A stretch of DNA of 64,000 bases. Source: Eledone cirrhosa (Eukaryota). A program made the translations under genes and the position numbers. The notes under the pieces were generated by a model, which ran no database searches, was not told where the DNA came from, and was given only the letters and a program-made list of their open reading frames with translations. Positions 36,133 to 49,694 of this stretch are shown here, in pieces (position 1 is the first letter of the stretch; the number at the start of each line of letters is the position of its first letter). Where the stretch lies: assembly GCA_964016885.1 (NCBI GenBank), contig OZ024764.1, forward strand, positions 25,420,001-25,484,000, given 5' to 3'.

Positions 36133-39100
36133 AGATCCCATAACTCCTTGTGGAGTTGTAGAAGCAGCATCTAAATCTCATAACTCCTTGTGGAGTTGTA
36201 GAAGCAGCATCTAGATCTCATAACTCCTTGTGGAGTTGTAGAAGCAGCATCTAGATCTCATAACTCCTTGTGGGGTGGTAGAGGCACCATCTAGATCCCA
36301 TAACTCCTTGTGGAGTTGTAGAAGCAGAATCTAGATATCATAACTCCTTGTGGGGTGGTAGAGGCAGCATCTAAATCTCATAACTCCTTGTGGAGTTGTA
36401 GAAGCAGAATCTAGATCTCATAACTCCTTGTGGAGTGGTAGAAGCAGCATCTAAATCTCATAACTCCTTGTGGAATGGTAGAAGCACCGTCTAGATCCCA
36501 TAACTCCTTGTGGAGTGGTAGAGGCACCGTCTAGACCCCATAACTCCTTGTGGAGTTGTAGAAGCACCATCTAGATCTCATAACTCCTTGTGGAGTGGTA
36601 GAGGCACCGTCTAGACCCCATAACTCCTTGTGGAGTGGTAGAGGCACCGTCTAGACCCCATAACTCCTTGTGGAGTTGTAGAAGCACCATCTAGATCTCA
36701 TAACTCCTTGTGGAGTGGTAGAGGCACCGTCTAGACCCCATAACTCCTTGTGGAGTGGTAGAGGCACCGTCTAGACCCCATAACCCCTTGTGGAGTTGTA
36801 GAAGCACCATCTAGATCTCATAACTCCTTGTGGAGTGGTAGAGGCAACGTCTAGACCCCATAACTCCTTGTGGGGTGGTAGAGGCACCATCTAGATCCCA
36901 TAACTCCTTGTGGAGTGGTAGAGGCACCATCTAGATCTCATAACTCCTTGTGGGGTGGTAGAGGCACCATCTAGATCCCATAACTCCTTGTGGAGTTGTA
37001 GAGGCACCGTCTAGACCCCATAACTCCTTGTGGCGTGGTAGAGGCACCATCTAGATCTCATAACTCCTTGTGGAGTGGTAGAGGCACTGTCTAGACCCCA
37101 TAACTCCTTGTGGGGTGGTAGAGGCACCATCTAGATCTCATAACTCCTTGTGGAGTGGTAGAGGCACCGTCTAGACCCCATAACTCCTTGTGGCGTGGTA
37201 GAGGCACCATCTAGATCTCATAACTCCTTGTGGAGTGGTAGAGGCACCGTCTAGACCCCATAACTCCTCGTGGATGGTAGAGGCACCATCTAGATCCCAT
37301 AACTCCTTGTGGGGTGGTAGAGGCACCATCTAGACCCCATAACTCCTTGTGGAGTGGTAGAGGCACCATCTAGATCTCATAACTCCTTGTGGAGTGGTAG
37401 AGGCACCGTCTAGACCCCATAACTCCTTGAGGATGGTAGAGGCACCATCTAGATCCCATAACTCCTTGTGGGGTGGTAGAGGCACCGTCTAGACCCCATA
37501 ACTCCTTGTGGAGTGGTAGAGGCACCATCTAGATCCCAAAACTCCTTGTGGGGTGGTAGAAGCACCGTCTAGACCCCATAACTCCTTGTGGGGTGGTAGA
37601 GGCACCGTCTAGACCCCATAACTCCTTGTGGAGTGGTAGAGGCACCATCTAGATCCCATAACTCCTTGTGGAGTTGTAGAGGCACCGTCTAGACCCCATA
37701 ACTCCTTGTGGCGTGGTAGAGGCACCATCTAGACCCCATAACTCCTTGTGGGGTGGTAGAGGCACCATCTAGATCTCATAACTCCTTGTGGGGTTGTAGA
37801 GGCACCATCTAGATCTCATAACTCCTTGTGGGGTGGTAGAGGCACCATCTAGACCCTATAACTCCTTGTGGAGTGGTAGAGGCACCGTCTAGACCCCATA
37901 ACTCCTTGTGAAGTTGTAGAAGCACCGTCTAGATCCCATAACTCCTTGTGGAGTGGTAGAGGCACCGTCTAGACCCCATAACTCCTTGTGGGGTGGTAGA
38001 GGCACCGTCTAGATCTCATAACTCCTTGTGGAGTTGTAGAGGCACCGTCTAGACCCCATAACTCCTTGTGGGGTGGTAGAGGCACCGTCTAGACCCCATA
38101 ACTCCTTGTGGGGTGGTAGAAGCACCATCTAGATCCCATAACTCCTTGTGGGGTGGTAGAAGTACCATCTAGATCTCATAACTCCTTGTGGGGTGGTAGA
38201 GGCACCATCTAGATCCCATAACTCCTTGTGGGGTGGTAGAGGCACCGTCTGGATCCCATAACTCCTTGTGGAGTGGTAGAGGCACCGTCTAGATCCCATA
38301 ACTCCTTGTGGAGTTGTAGAGGCACCGTCTAGACCCCATAACTCCTTGTGGGGTGGTAGAGGCACTGTCTAGACCCCATAACTCCTTGTGGGGTGGTAGA
38401 GGCACCATCTAGATCCCATAACTCCTTGTGGAGTGGTAGAGGCACCATCTAGATCTCATAACTCCTTGTGGAGTGGTAGAGGCACCGTCTAGATCCCATA
38501 ACTCCTTGTGGAGTGGTAGAGGCACCATCTAGATCCCATAACTCCTTGTGGAGTGGTAGAGGCACCGTCTAGACCCCATAACTCCTTGTGGAGTCGTAGA
38601 GGCACCATCTAGATCTCATAACTCCTTGTGGAGTGGTAGAGGCACCGTCTAGATCCCATAACTCCTTGTGGGGTGGTAGAGGCACCATCTAGATCCCATA
38701 ACTCCTTGTGGGGTGGTAGAGGCACCGTCTAGACCCCATAACTCCTTGTGGAGTTGTAGAAGCACCATCTAGATCCCATAACCCCTTGTGGAGTGGTAGA
38801 GGCACCATCTAGATCCCATAACTCCTTGTGGGGTGGTAGAGGCACCATCTAGACCCCATAACTCCTTGTGGAGTTGTAGAGGCACCATCTAGATCCCATA
38901 ACTCCTTGTGGAGTTGTAGAGGCACCGTCTAGATCCCATAACTCCTTGTGGGTGGGAGAGGCACCGTCTAGATCCCATAACTCCTTGTGGAGTGGTAGAG
39001 GCACCATCTAGATTCCATAACTCCTTGTGGGGTGGTAGAGGCACCATCTAGACCCCATAACTCCTTGTGGAGTTGTAGAAGCACCATCTAGATCCCATAA

Positions 39101-42100
39101 CTCCTTGTGGTGTGGTAGAGGCACCGTCTAGACCCCATAACTCCTTGTGGGGTGGTAGAGGCACCATCTAGATCCCATAACTCCTTGTGGGGTGGCAGAG
39201 GCACCATCTAGATCTCATAACTCCTTGTGGAGTGGTAGAGGCACCGTCTAGACCCCATAACTCCTTGTGGAGTTGTAGAAGCACCATCTAGATCTCATAA
39301 CTCCTTGTGGAGTGGTAGAGGCACCATCTAGATCCCATAACTCCTTGTGGAGTGGTAGAGGCACCGTCTAGATCCCATAACTCCTTGTGGGGTGTTAGAG
39401 GCACCATCTAGATCCCATAACTCATTGTGGGGTGGTAAAAGCACCGTCTAGATCTCATAACTCCTTGTGGAGTTGTAGAGGCACCATCTAGATCCCATAA
39501 CTCCTTGTGGAGTTGTAGAGGCACCGTCTAGATCCCATAACTCCTTGTGGGGTGGTAGAGGCACCATCTAGATCCCATAACTCATTGTGGGGTGGTAAAA
39601 GCACCGTCTAGATCTCATAACTCCTTGTGGAGTGGTAGAGGCACCATCTAGATCCCATAACTCCTTGTGGAGTTGTAGAGGCACCGTCTAGATCCCATAA
39701 CTCCTTGTGGGTGGGAGAGGCACCGTCTAGATCCCATAACTCCTTGTGGAGTGGTAGAGGTACCATCTAGATTCCATAACTCCTTGTGGGGTTGTAGAGG
39801 CACCGTCTAGACCCCATAACTCCTTGTGGTGTGGTAGAGGCACCGTCTAGATCTCATAACTCCTTGTGGGGTGGTAGAGGCACCGTCTAGATCCCATAAC
39901 TCATTGTGGGGTGGTAAAAGCACCGTCTAGATCTCATAACTCCTTGTGGAGTTGTAGAGGCACCATCTAGATCCCTTAACTCCTTGTGAAGTGGTAGAGG
40001 CACCATCTAGATCCCATAACTCCTTGTGGAGTGGTAGAAGCACCGTCTAGATCCCATAACTCCTTGTGGGTGGTAGAGGCACCATCTAGACCCCATAACT
40101 CCTTGTGGAGTTGTAGAGGCACGGTCTAGACCCCATAACTCCTTGTGGGGTGGTAGAGGCACCGTCTAGACCCCATAACTCCTTGTGGGGTGATAGAGGC
40201 ACCGTCTAGATGCCATAACTCCTTGTGGGGTGGTAGAGGCACCGTCTAGATCCCATAACTCCTTGTGGAGTGGTAGAGGCACCGTCTAGACCCCATAACT
40301 CCTTGTGGGGTGGTAGAGGCACCGTCTAGACCCCATAACTCCTTGTGGGGTGGTAGAGGCACCGTCTAGACCCCATAACTCCTTGTGGGGTGGTAGAGGC
40401 ACCATCTAGATCCCATAACTCCTTGTGGGGTGGTAGAAGCACCATCTAGATCTCATAACTCCTTGTGCGGTGGTAGAGGCACCGTCTAGACCCCATAACT
40501 CCTTGTGGGGTGGTAGAGGCACCGTCTAGACCCCATAACTCCTTGTGGGGTGGTAGAGGCACCATCTAGATCCCATAACTCCTTGTGGGGTGGCAGAGGC
40601 ACCATCTAGATCTCATAACTCCTTGTGGGGTGGTAGAGGCACCGTCTAGACCCCATAACTCCTTGTGGGGTGGTAGAGGCACCGTCTAGACCCCATAACT
40701 CCTTGTGGGGTGGTAGAGGCACCATCTAGATCCCATAACTCCTTGTGGGGTGGTAGAGGCACCGTCTAGACCCCATAACTCCTTGTGGGGTGGTAGAGGC
40801 ACCATCTAGATCCCATAACTCCTTGTGGGGTGGTAGAGGCACCATCTAGACCCCATAACTCCTTGTGGAGTGGTAGAGGCACCATCTAGACCCCATAACT
40901 CCTTGTGGAGTGGTAGAGGCACCATCTAGACCCCATAACTCCTTGTGGGGTGGTAGAGGCACCATCTAGATCCCATAACTCCTTGTGGGGTGGTAGAAGC
41001 ACCATCTAGACCCCATAACTCCTTGTGGGGTGGTAGAGGCACCATCTAGACCCCATAACTCCTTGTGGGGTGGTAGAGGCACCGTCTAGACCCCATAACT
41101 CCTTGTGGGGTGGTAGAGGCACCATCTAGACCCCATAACTCCTTGTGGGGTGGTAGAGGCACCATCTAGATCTCATAACTCCTTGTGGAGTGGTAGAGGC
41201 ACCATCTAGATCCCATAACTCCTTGTGGGGTGGTAGAGGCACCGTCTAGACCCCATAACCCCTTGTGGGGTGGTAGAGGCACCGTCTAGACCCCATAACT
41301 CCTTGTGGAGTGGTAGAGGCACCATCTAGATCTCATAACTCCTTGTGGGGTGGTAGAGGCACCATCTAGATACATAACTCCTTGTGGGGTGGTAGAGGCA
41401 CCGTCTAGATCCCATAACTCCTTGTGGGGTTGTAGAGGCACCATCTAGATCTCATAACTCCTTGTGGAGTGGTAGAGGCACCATCTAGATACCATAACTC
41501 CTTGTGGGGTGGTAGAGGCACCATCTAGATCTCATAACTCCTTGTGGAGTGGTAGAGGCACCGTCTAGACCCCATAACTCCTTGTGGAGTGGTAGAGGCA
41601 CCGTCTAGACCCCATAACTCCTTGTGGGTGGTAGAGGCACCGTCTAGACCCCATAACTCCTTGTGGGTGGTAGAGGCACCATCTAGATCCCATAACTCCT
41701 TGTGGAGTGGTAGAGGCACCATCTAGATCTCATAACTCCTTGTGGGGTGGTAGAGGCACCATCTAGATCTCATAACTCCTTGTGGGGTGGTAGAGGCACC
41801 ATCTAGACCCCATAACTCCTTGTGGAGTGGTAGAGGCACCATCTAGATCCCATAACTCCTTGTGGGGTGGTAGAAGCACCATCTAGACCCCATAACTCCT
41901 TGTGGAGTGGTAGAGGCACCATCTAGATCTCATAACTCCTTGTGGAGTTGTAGAAGCACCATCTAGATCTCATAACTCCTTGTGGAGTGGTAGAGGCACC
42001 ATCTAGATCTCATAACTCCTTGTGGGGTGGTAGAGGCACCATCTAGACCCCATAACTCCTTGTGGGTGGTAGAGGCACCGTCTAGATCCCATAACTCCTT

Positions 42101-43557
42101 GTGGGTGGTAGAGGCACCGTCTAGATCCCATAACTCCTTGTGGGGTGGTAGAGGCACCATCTAGACCCCATAACTCCTTGTGGGTGGTAGAGGCACCATC
42201 TAGATCCCATAACTCCATGTGGAGTTGTAGAAGCACCGTCTAGATCTCATAACTCCTTGTGGAGTTGTAGAAGCACCATCTAGATCTCATAACTCCTTGT
42301 GGAGTTATAGAAGCACCATCTAGATCTCATAACTCCTTGTGGAGTTGTAGAAGCACCGTCTAGACCCCATAACTCCTTGTGGAGTTGTAGAGGCACGGTC
42401 TAGAACCCATAACTCCTTGTGGGGTGGTAGAGGCACCGTCTAGACCCCATAACTCCTTGTGGGGTGGTAGAGGCACCGTCTAGACCCCATAACTCCTTGT
42501 GGAGTTGTAGAGGCACGGTCTAGAACCCATAACTCCTTGTGGGGTGGTAGAGGCACCGTCTAGACCCCATAACTCCTTGTGGGGTGGTAGAGGCACCGTC
42601 TAGACCCCATAACTCCTTGTGGGGTGGTAGAGGCACCATCTAGATCTCATAACTCCTTGTGGGGTGGTAGAGGCACCATCTAGATCTCATAACTCCTTGT
42701 GGGGTGGTAGAGGCACCATCTAGACCCCATAACCCCTTGTGGGGTGGTAGAGGCACCGTCTAGACCCCATAACTCCTTGTGGGGTGGTAGAGGCACCATC
42801 TAGATCCCATAACTCCTTGTGGAGTGGTAGAGGCACCGTCTAGACCCCATAACTCCTTGTGGGGTGGTAGAGGCACCATCTAGATCTCATAACTCCTTGT
42901 GGGGTGGTAGAGGCACCATCTAGATCCCATAACTCCTTGTGGAGTGGTAGAGGCACCGTCTAGACCCCATAACTCCTTGTGGGGTGGTAGAGGCACCATC
43001 TAGATCCCATAACTCCTTGTGGAGTGGTAGAGGCACCGTCTAGACCCCATAACTCCTTGTGGGGTGGTAGAGGCACCATCTAGATCTCATAACTCCTTGT
43101 GGGGTGGTAGAGGCACCATCTAGATCCCATAACTCCTTGTGGAGTGGTAGAGGCACCATCTAGACCCCATAACTCCTTGTGGGGTGGTAGAGGCACCGTC
43201 TAGACCCCATAACTCCTTGTGGGGTGGTAGAGGCACCATCTAGATCCCATAACTCCTTGTGGAGTGGTAGAGGCACCGTCTAGACCCCATAACTCCTTGT
43301 GGGGTGGTAGAGGCACCATCTAGATCTCATAACTCCTTGTGGGGTGGTAGAGGCACCGTCTAGACCCCATAACCCCTTGTGGGTGGTAGAGGCACCGTCT
43401 AGACCCCATAACTCCTTGTGGAGTGGTAGAGGCACCGTCTAGACCCCATAACTCCTTGTGGGTGGTAGAGGCACCATCTAGATCCCATAACTCCTTGTGG
43501 GGTGGTAGAGGCACCATCTAGATCCCATAACTCCTTGTGGAGTTGTAGAGGCACCGC
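36133..43557. repeat. 40-bp tandem satellite (~185 units, 7.4 kb)
   Basis: Unit TAACTCCTTGTGG(A/G)GTGGTAGAGGCACC(A/G)TCTAGA(T/C)(C/T)CA. Confidence 0.98.
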
Positions 43558-43806
43558 CACATGGTGTGTCTAGTTCACTTTTAAACCTGGGGGAGACAAA
43601 ACCTCTCCAGGTCTGAACACAGCCGATTTCTTCTATAGAGGAAGAATTGACCCCAATACTTGACTGGTACTTTTTTTATCGACCTCGAAAGGATGAAAGG
43701 CAAAGTTGACCACGGCAGGATTTCAACTCAGAGCACGCAATGAGGTGGGACGAATACCATAAAGCATTCTATCTGACGTCTTAACGACTCTGCCAATTCG
43801 CCGCCT
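43558..43806 (-). mobile_element. SINE head/body contiguous with the 40-bp satellite
   Basis: ggatgaaaggcaaagttgacc..ggatttcaactc; the body matches 30226-30380 inverted. Confidence 0.75.
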
Positions 43807-44175
43807 ATACATACATTATGTAAGACTAAGTGTTAGTGAATTTAAGAGAAAATACATAACAAAACTAAAATAGAAACACTGCACATTGTCAAGACACATA
43901 AGGCCGTGCTCAGTAGCACAGTAAAAACGTGCAATAAAAATAAGACCACTGAATAATAACAACAACAATAATGATAATAATAACAATGATTATAATAAGA
44001 CTGATGCAACACATCAACACGAAGAATCTCTACACTGCCATACACAAAATATAAGAACACGCAATGATGCACAAACATAAAATATGCAGATAGTGATGCA
44101 AAAAACACTTGCATGAAAATGTCAAAGAAATAATAATAATTATTAATTTCGTATATTTTAAGATATGTGGAATGT

Positions 44176-44388
44176 TTAACCCTTTACCATTCACATTATT
44201 CTATATTTACTATTATATTTTCATGGTAAAGTCCTTCTCTTACATAATTACCCCACATAATATCAAATCTACGAGATTTTGATATTATTTATTTTGAGAA
44301 CAATACCTTAACATTAGTATGAGCAGCCAGTTTGAACAGGTGAGAGAATTATGGCTGGACTCGGCCGGTTTAAATGTTAAAGAGTTAA
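44176..44388 (+). mobile_element. Monomeric, empty TTAA/CCC MITE carrying one diverged copy of the 72-bp unit
   Basis: TTAACCCTTTACCATTCACATTATTCTATATTTACTATTATATTTTCATGGTAAAG...TAAATGTTAAAGAGTTAA. Confidence 0.8.
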
Positions 44389-44492
44389 TAAATAAACATT
44401 TTGAAAGCCTTCGCTATGAATAGAAGGCTGATGGCCAGCACCGCATAGCGGATACATCCAGCATCCAGCTACGTCGAAGCTAAGTTCTAACA

Positions 44493-45062
44493 ATTGTTTC
44501 TACTCTAGGCACAAGGCCAGCAGTTTGAAGGGGAGAGGGGCAAGTCAAATCAAATTGACACCAGTACGTAACTGGTACTTTATTTTATCAACCCCTGCAA
44601 GGATGAAAGGCAAAGTTAACCTCAGTGGCATTTGAAACCAGAACGTAAAGGGCCGTAATTCTATGCTACAAAGCTAATAATAATTATGTCTACTATAGGC
44701 ACAAGGCCAGAAATTTGAAGGGGAAGGGATAAGTGATTATATTTTATTGACCCGGTAAGGATGACAGGCAAAGCTAACCTCAGTGGAATTTGAAATCAGA
44801 ACATAAAGAGCCATAACTCTGTGCTGCAAAGCGTGGTGTCTGACACTCTACCGATACTGCCAATCCACTACCCTTGTCCTCCTTATAATTGTTTCTACAT
44901 TTGGCACAAGGCCAGCAATTATCCCAGTACATTACTGGTACTTTATTTTATCGACCCCGTAAGGATGAAAGGCAAAGTTAACCTCGGCAGATTTGAACTC
45001 AGAACGTAAAGGGCCGTAACTCTATGCTACAAAGTATGCTGACTCTACCGATACTGCTAATC
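44493..45062 (-). mobile_element. Tandem cluster of about 3 tRNA-SINE copies
   Basis: Repeated ggcacaaggccag...aggatgaaaggcaaagttaacctc..atttgaa. Confidence 0.75.
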
Positions 45063-45089
45063 TACGATAATAATAATAATAATAATAAC

Positions 45090-45121
<32 letters not shown>

Positions 45122-45182
45122 GGTAGATGCAGAAAATAAAAGTAAAAAAAAAAAAGTAAACCAAAATGTAAAAGACTAAAAC

Positions 45183-45574
45183 CTTCCATTCCACAATCTC
45201 TTCACCTCCAACATTGCTTGGTTGCAGGTTGAACCCTTGCTGGGCATGGTGGTGAGGGTGGTACTGGCTTCCTCCATCACCTTCGTCATCTGAAGCTCCC
45301 TGTGGCTGCACTGGTCGTTGAATGTGGGGAAACTCCTGTTGTTGCTGGTTCAGGTCTGTGTAACCCTTTGTTTGGTCCTCACTGTCGTCATCATCATTGA
45401 GGTTGTCGTCAATCTTCCGGTGCTTACCGCCACCAACATAATTGTCACCACCTTGGTTGTTGTTGTCGTCGTCGTCGTTGTTGTTGTTGTTGTCATAGTA
45501 GCGATAACGGTGCTTCGGACGATATACAGAGCCGTGTCCCTTCAAATACCAGCGAAGCGAGAATTTAAGAGGTC
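45183..45574 (-). CDS. Host gene exon 2 in window (Asn/Asp/Gln-rich linker)
   Basis: ttgtag|GA CCT...TGG AAG|gtttta (weak donor); 392 nt, phase 1/0. Bridges the flanking exons in frame. Confidence 0.72.
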
Positions 45575-45641
45575 CTACAATAGAAGAAAACATTACATAT
45601 CAACTGAATTTCTGCATAATTTTAATTTCACTCTACATTCA

Positions 45642-48600
45642 TTTACCCTCCATCTGGGCCTCTGTCTAACTTTACCCTCCACCAGGGCCTCTGTCTAACT
45701 TTACCCTCCATCTGGGCTTCTGTCTAACTTTACCCTCCACCAGGGCCTCTGTCTAACTTCACCCTCCACCTGGGCCTCTGCCTAACTTTACCCTCCACCA
45801 GGGCCTCTGCCTAACTTTACCCTCCATCTGGGCCTCTGTCTAACTTTACCCTCCACCAGGGCTTCTGTCTAACTTTACCCTCCACCTGGGCCTCTGCCTA
45901 ACTTTACCCTCCATCTAGGCCTCTGTCTAACTTCACCCTCCACCAGGGCCTCTGTCTAACTTCACCCTCCACCAGGGCCTCTGTCTAACTTTACCCTCCA
46001 CCTGGGCCTCTGCCTAACTTTACCCTCCATCTAGGCCTCTGTCTAACTTCACCCTCCACCAGGGCCTCTGTCTAACTTCACCCTCCACCAGGGCCTCTGT
46101 CTAACATTACCCTCCACCAGGGCCTCTGTCTAACTTTACCCTCCATCAGGGCCTCTGTCTAACTTTACCCTCCACCAGGGCCTCTGTCTAACTTTACCCT
46201 CCACCAGGGCCTCTGTCTAACTTTACCCTCCACCAGGGCCTCTGTCTAACTTTACCCTCCACCAGGGCCTCTGTCTAACTTTACCCTCCACCAGGGCCTC
46301 TGTCTAACTTTACCCTCCCCCAGGACCTCTGTCTAACTTTACCCTCCATCTGGGCCTCTGTCTAACTTTACCCTCCATCTGGGCCTCTGTCTAACTTTAC
46401 CCTCCCCCAGGACCTCTGTCTAACTTTACCCTCCATCTGGGCCTCTGTCTAACTTTACCCTCCACCTGGGCCTCTGTCTAACTTTACCCTCCATCTGGGC
46501 CTCTGTCTAACTTTACCCTCCATCTGGGCCTCTGTCTAACTTTACCCTCCCCCAGGACCTCTGTCTAACTTTACCCTCCATCTGGGCCTCTGTCTAACTT
46601 TACCCTCCACCTGGGCCTCTGTCTAACTTTACCCTCCATCTGGGCCTCTGTCTAACTTCACCCTCCACCAGGGCCTCTGTCTAACTTTACCCTCCACCAG
46701 GGCCTCTGTCTAACTTTACCCTCCACCAGGGCCTCTGTCTAACTTTACCCTCCACCAGGGCCTCTGTCTAACTTCACCCTCCACCAGGGCCTCTGTCTAA
46801 CTTCACCCTCCACCAGGGCCTCTGTCTAACTTCACCCTCCACCAGGGCCTCTGTCTAACTTCACCCTCCACCAGGGCCTCTGTCTAACTTCACCCTCCAC
46901 CAGGGCCTCTGTCTAACTTTACCCTCCATCTGGGCCTCTGTCTAACTTTACCCTCCACCAGGGCCTCTGTCTAACTTTACCCTCCATCTGGGCCTCTGTC
47001 TAACTTTACCCTCCATCTGAGCCTCTGTCTAACTTCACCCTCCACCAGGGCCTCTGTCTAACTTCACCCTCCACCTGGGCCTCTGTCTAACTTCACCCTC
47101 CACCTGGGCCTCTGTCTAACTTTACCCTCCATCTGGGCCTCTGTCTAACTTCACCCTCCACCAGGGCCTCTGTCTAACTTCACCCTCCACCTGGGCCTCT
47201 GTCTAACTTTACCCTCCACCAGGGCCTCTGTCTAACTTCACCCTCCACCTGGGCCTCTGTCTAACTTCACCCTCCACCAGGGCCTCTGTCTAACTTCACC
47301 CTCCACCAGGGCCTCTGTCTAACTTCACCCTCCACCAGGGCCTCTGTCTAACTTCACCCTCCACCAGGGCCTCTGTCTAACTTCACCCTCCACCAGGGCC
47401 TCTGTCTAACTTTACCCTCCATCTGGGCCTCTGTCTAACTTCACCCTCCACCAGGGCCTCTGTCTAACTTCACCCTCCACCTGGGCCTCTGTCTAACTTT
47501 ACCCTCCACCAGGGCCTCTGTCTAACTTCACCCTCCACCTGGGCCTCTGTCTAACTTCACCCTCCACCAGGGCCTCTGTCTAACTTCACCCTCCACCAGG
47601 GCCTCTGTCTAACTTCACCCTCCACCAGGGCCTCTGTCTAACTTCACCCTCCACCAGGGCCTCTGTCTAACTTCACCCTCCACCAGGGCCTCTGTCTAAC
47701 TTCACCCTCCATCTGGGCCTCTGTCTAACTTTACCCTCCACCAGGGCCTCTGTCTAACTTCACCCTCCACCTGGGCCTCTGTCTAACTTTACCCTCCACC
47801 AGGGCCTCTGTCTAACTTTACCCTCCATCTGGGCCTCTGTCTAACTTTACCCTCCATCTGAGCCTCTGTCTAACTTCACCCTCCACCAGGGCCTCTGTCT
47901 AACTTCACCCTCCACCTGGGCCTCTGTCTAACTTCACCCTCCACCTGGGCCTCTGTCTAACTTTACCCTCCATCTGGGCATCTGTCTAACTTCACCCTCC
48001 ACCAGGGCCTCTGTCTAACTTCACCCTCCACCTGGGCCTCTGTCTAACTTTACCCTCCACCAGGGCCTCTGTCTAACTTCACCCTCCACCTGGGCCTCTG
48101 TCTAACTTCACCCTCCACCAGGGCCTCTGTCTAACTTCACCCTCCACCAGGGCCTCTGTCTAACTTCACCCTCCACCAGGGCCTCTGTCTAACTTCACCC
48201 TCCACCAGGGCCTCTGTCTAACTTCACCCTCCACCAGGGCCTCTGTCTAACTTTACCCTCCATCTGGGCCTCTGTCTAACTTCACCCTCCACCAGGGCCT
48301 CTGTCTAACTTCACCCTCCACCTGGGCCTCTGTCTAACTTTACCCTCCACCAGGGCCTCTGTCTAACTTCACCCTCCACCTGGGCCTCTGTCTAACTTCA
48401 CCCTCCACCAGGGCCTCTGTCTAACTTCACCCTCCACCAGGGCCTCTGTCTAACTTCACCCTCCACCAGGGCCTCTGTCTAACTTCACCCTCCACCAGGG
48501 CCTCTGTCTAACTTCACCCTCCACCAGGGCCTCTGTCTAACTTTACCCTCCACCAGGGCCTCTGTCTAACTTCACCCTCCACCTGGGCCTCTGTCTAACT

Positions 48601-48854
48601 TTACCCTCCACCAGGGCCTCTGTCTAACTTTACCCTCCATCTGGGCCTCTGCCTAACTTTACCCTCCACCAGGGCCTCTGTCTAACTTCACCCTCCCCCA
48701 GGACCTCTGCCTAACTTTACCCTCCATCTGGGCCTCTGCCTAACTTTACCCTCCACCAGGGCCTCTGTCTAACTTTACCCTCCATCTGGGCCTCTGTCTA
48801 ACTTTACCCTCCATCTGGGCCTCTGCCTAACTTTACCCTCCATCAGGGCCTCTG
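45642..48854. repeat. 29-bp tandem satellite (~110 units)
   Basis: Unit CTAACTT(T/C)ACCCTCCACCAGGGCCTCTGT. Confidence 0.98.
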
Positions 48855-49274
48855 AGCAAAAAAATAAATAGTTGCATACACAGCTCAAGAGTAATGATTG
48901 CAAGCAAACTAATGGACAGAATGAAGACAAGGTGTAGTAAATGTGTCTCCCACCCTTCATCTAGATTTACATAACCTCCACTACCCCTATCATTATCAGC
49001 TGTGCGAGGGCCACACTGAATTTGTTCAACCAAGTCGCCACTTTCCTCTACCATTTTCACAAGTTTCATTGTCCGAATCAATCTCGCTGCCTGCGTAAGT
49101 GTAAACTTGTTGAAATTCTCGCTCACCTACATCAATAATTTCCTTAACTGTAAAATGTTTAGACCTTGTTTACCAGAGTGCTGGGTTTGTCACATGCTTA
49201 TTTTGCAATTTTCAATTAAAATCAAAACTATAAAGGACAGTAAATCACACCATTCTTTATATAATATATGTATA

Positions 49275-49445
49275 CAGTGAAATTCCGTTATGACAAAATT
49301 CATGGGGTATAAAAAAAAATTTGTTGTAACGAAAAATTCTTTATAATGAGATCGACCTAACACATTGTGTGGCCGGGGATTGAAAAAATGTTTGTTGTAC
49401 TGAAAAATTCATTATTAAGGTATTCATTATAACAGAATTTACCTG
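49275..49445. mobile_element. Tc1/mariner-type MITE
   Basis: TA|CAGTGAAATTCCGTTAT ... ATAACAGAATTTACCTG|TA, imperfect TIRs. Confidence 0.6.
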
Positions 49446-49510
49446 TATATATCTATATAAAACAAAGCAAGCGTTTGTTTTGAAGATGGTGAGCGAAGTT
49501 TGAAATTTAG

Positions 49511-49694
49511 TAGAAATAGAAGGTTTTGCTGTATTTTGACTAAAGAAATTAGCCTGATTGTGTGGTTTTGAAACCCTCTAAATGGAAAAGGATGAGGATT
49601 GAGATACATTCATCCTTTTCCATTTAGAGGGTTTTAAAACCCCACAATTAGGCTAATTTCTTTAGTAAAAATACAGTGAAAGCTTCTATTTCTA
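49511..49694. mobile_element. Fold-back MITE (~85-bp imperfect arms)
   Basis: TAGAAATAGAAG...CCCTCTAAATGGAAAAGGATGA / TCATCCTTTTCCATTTAGAGGG...CTTCTATTTCTA. Confidence 0.7.

Noticed and set aside
26158-48854. 33-, 39-, 40- and 29-bp arrays as CRISPR arrays
   Set aside because: The units are head-to-tail with no unique spacers, there are no cas genes, and the context is eukaryotic.
48833-49150. 97-aa minus-strand ORF as an extra host exon
   Set aside because: It has no recognisable motif or convincing splice pair, and the flanking exons already join in phase without it.
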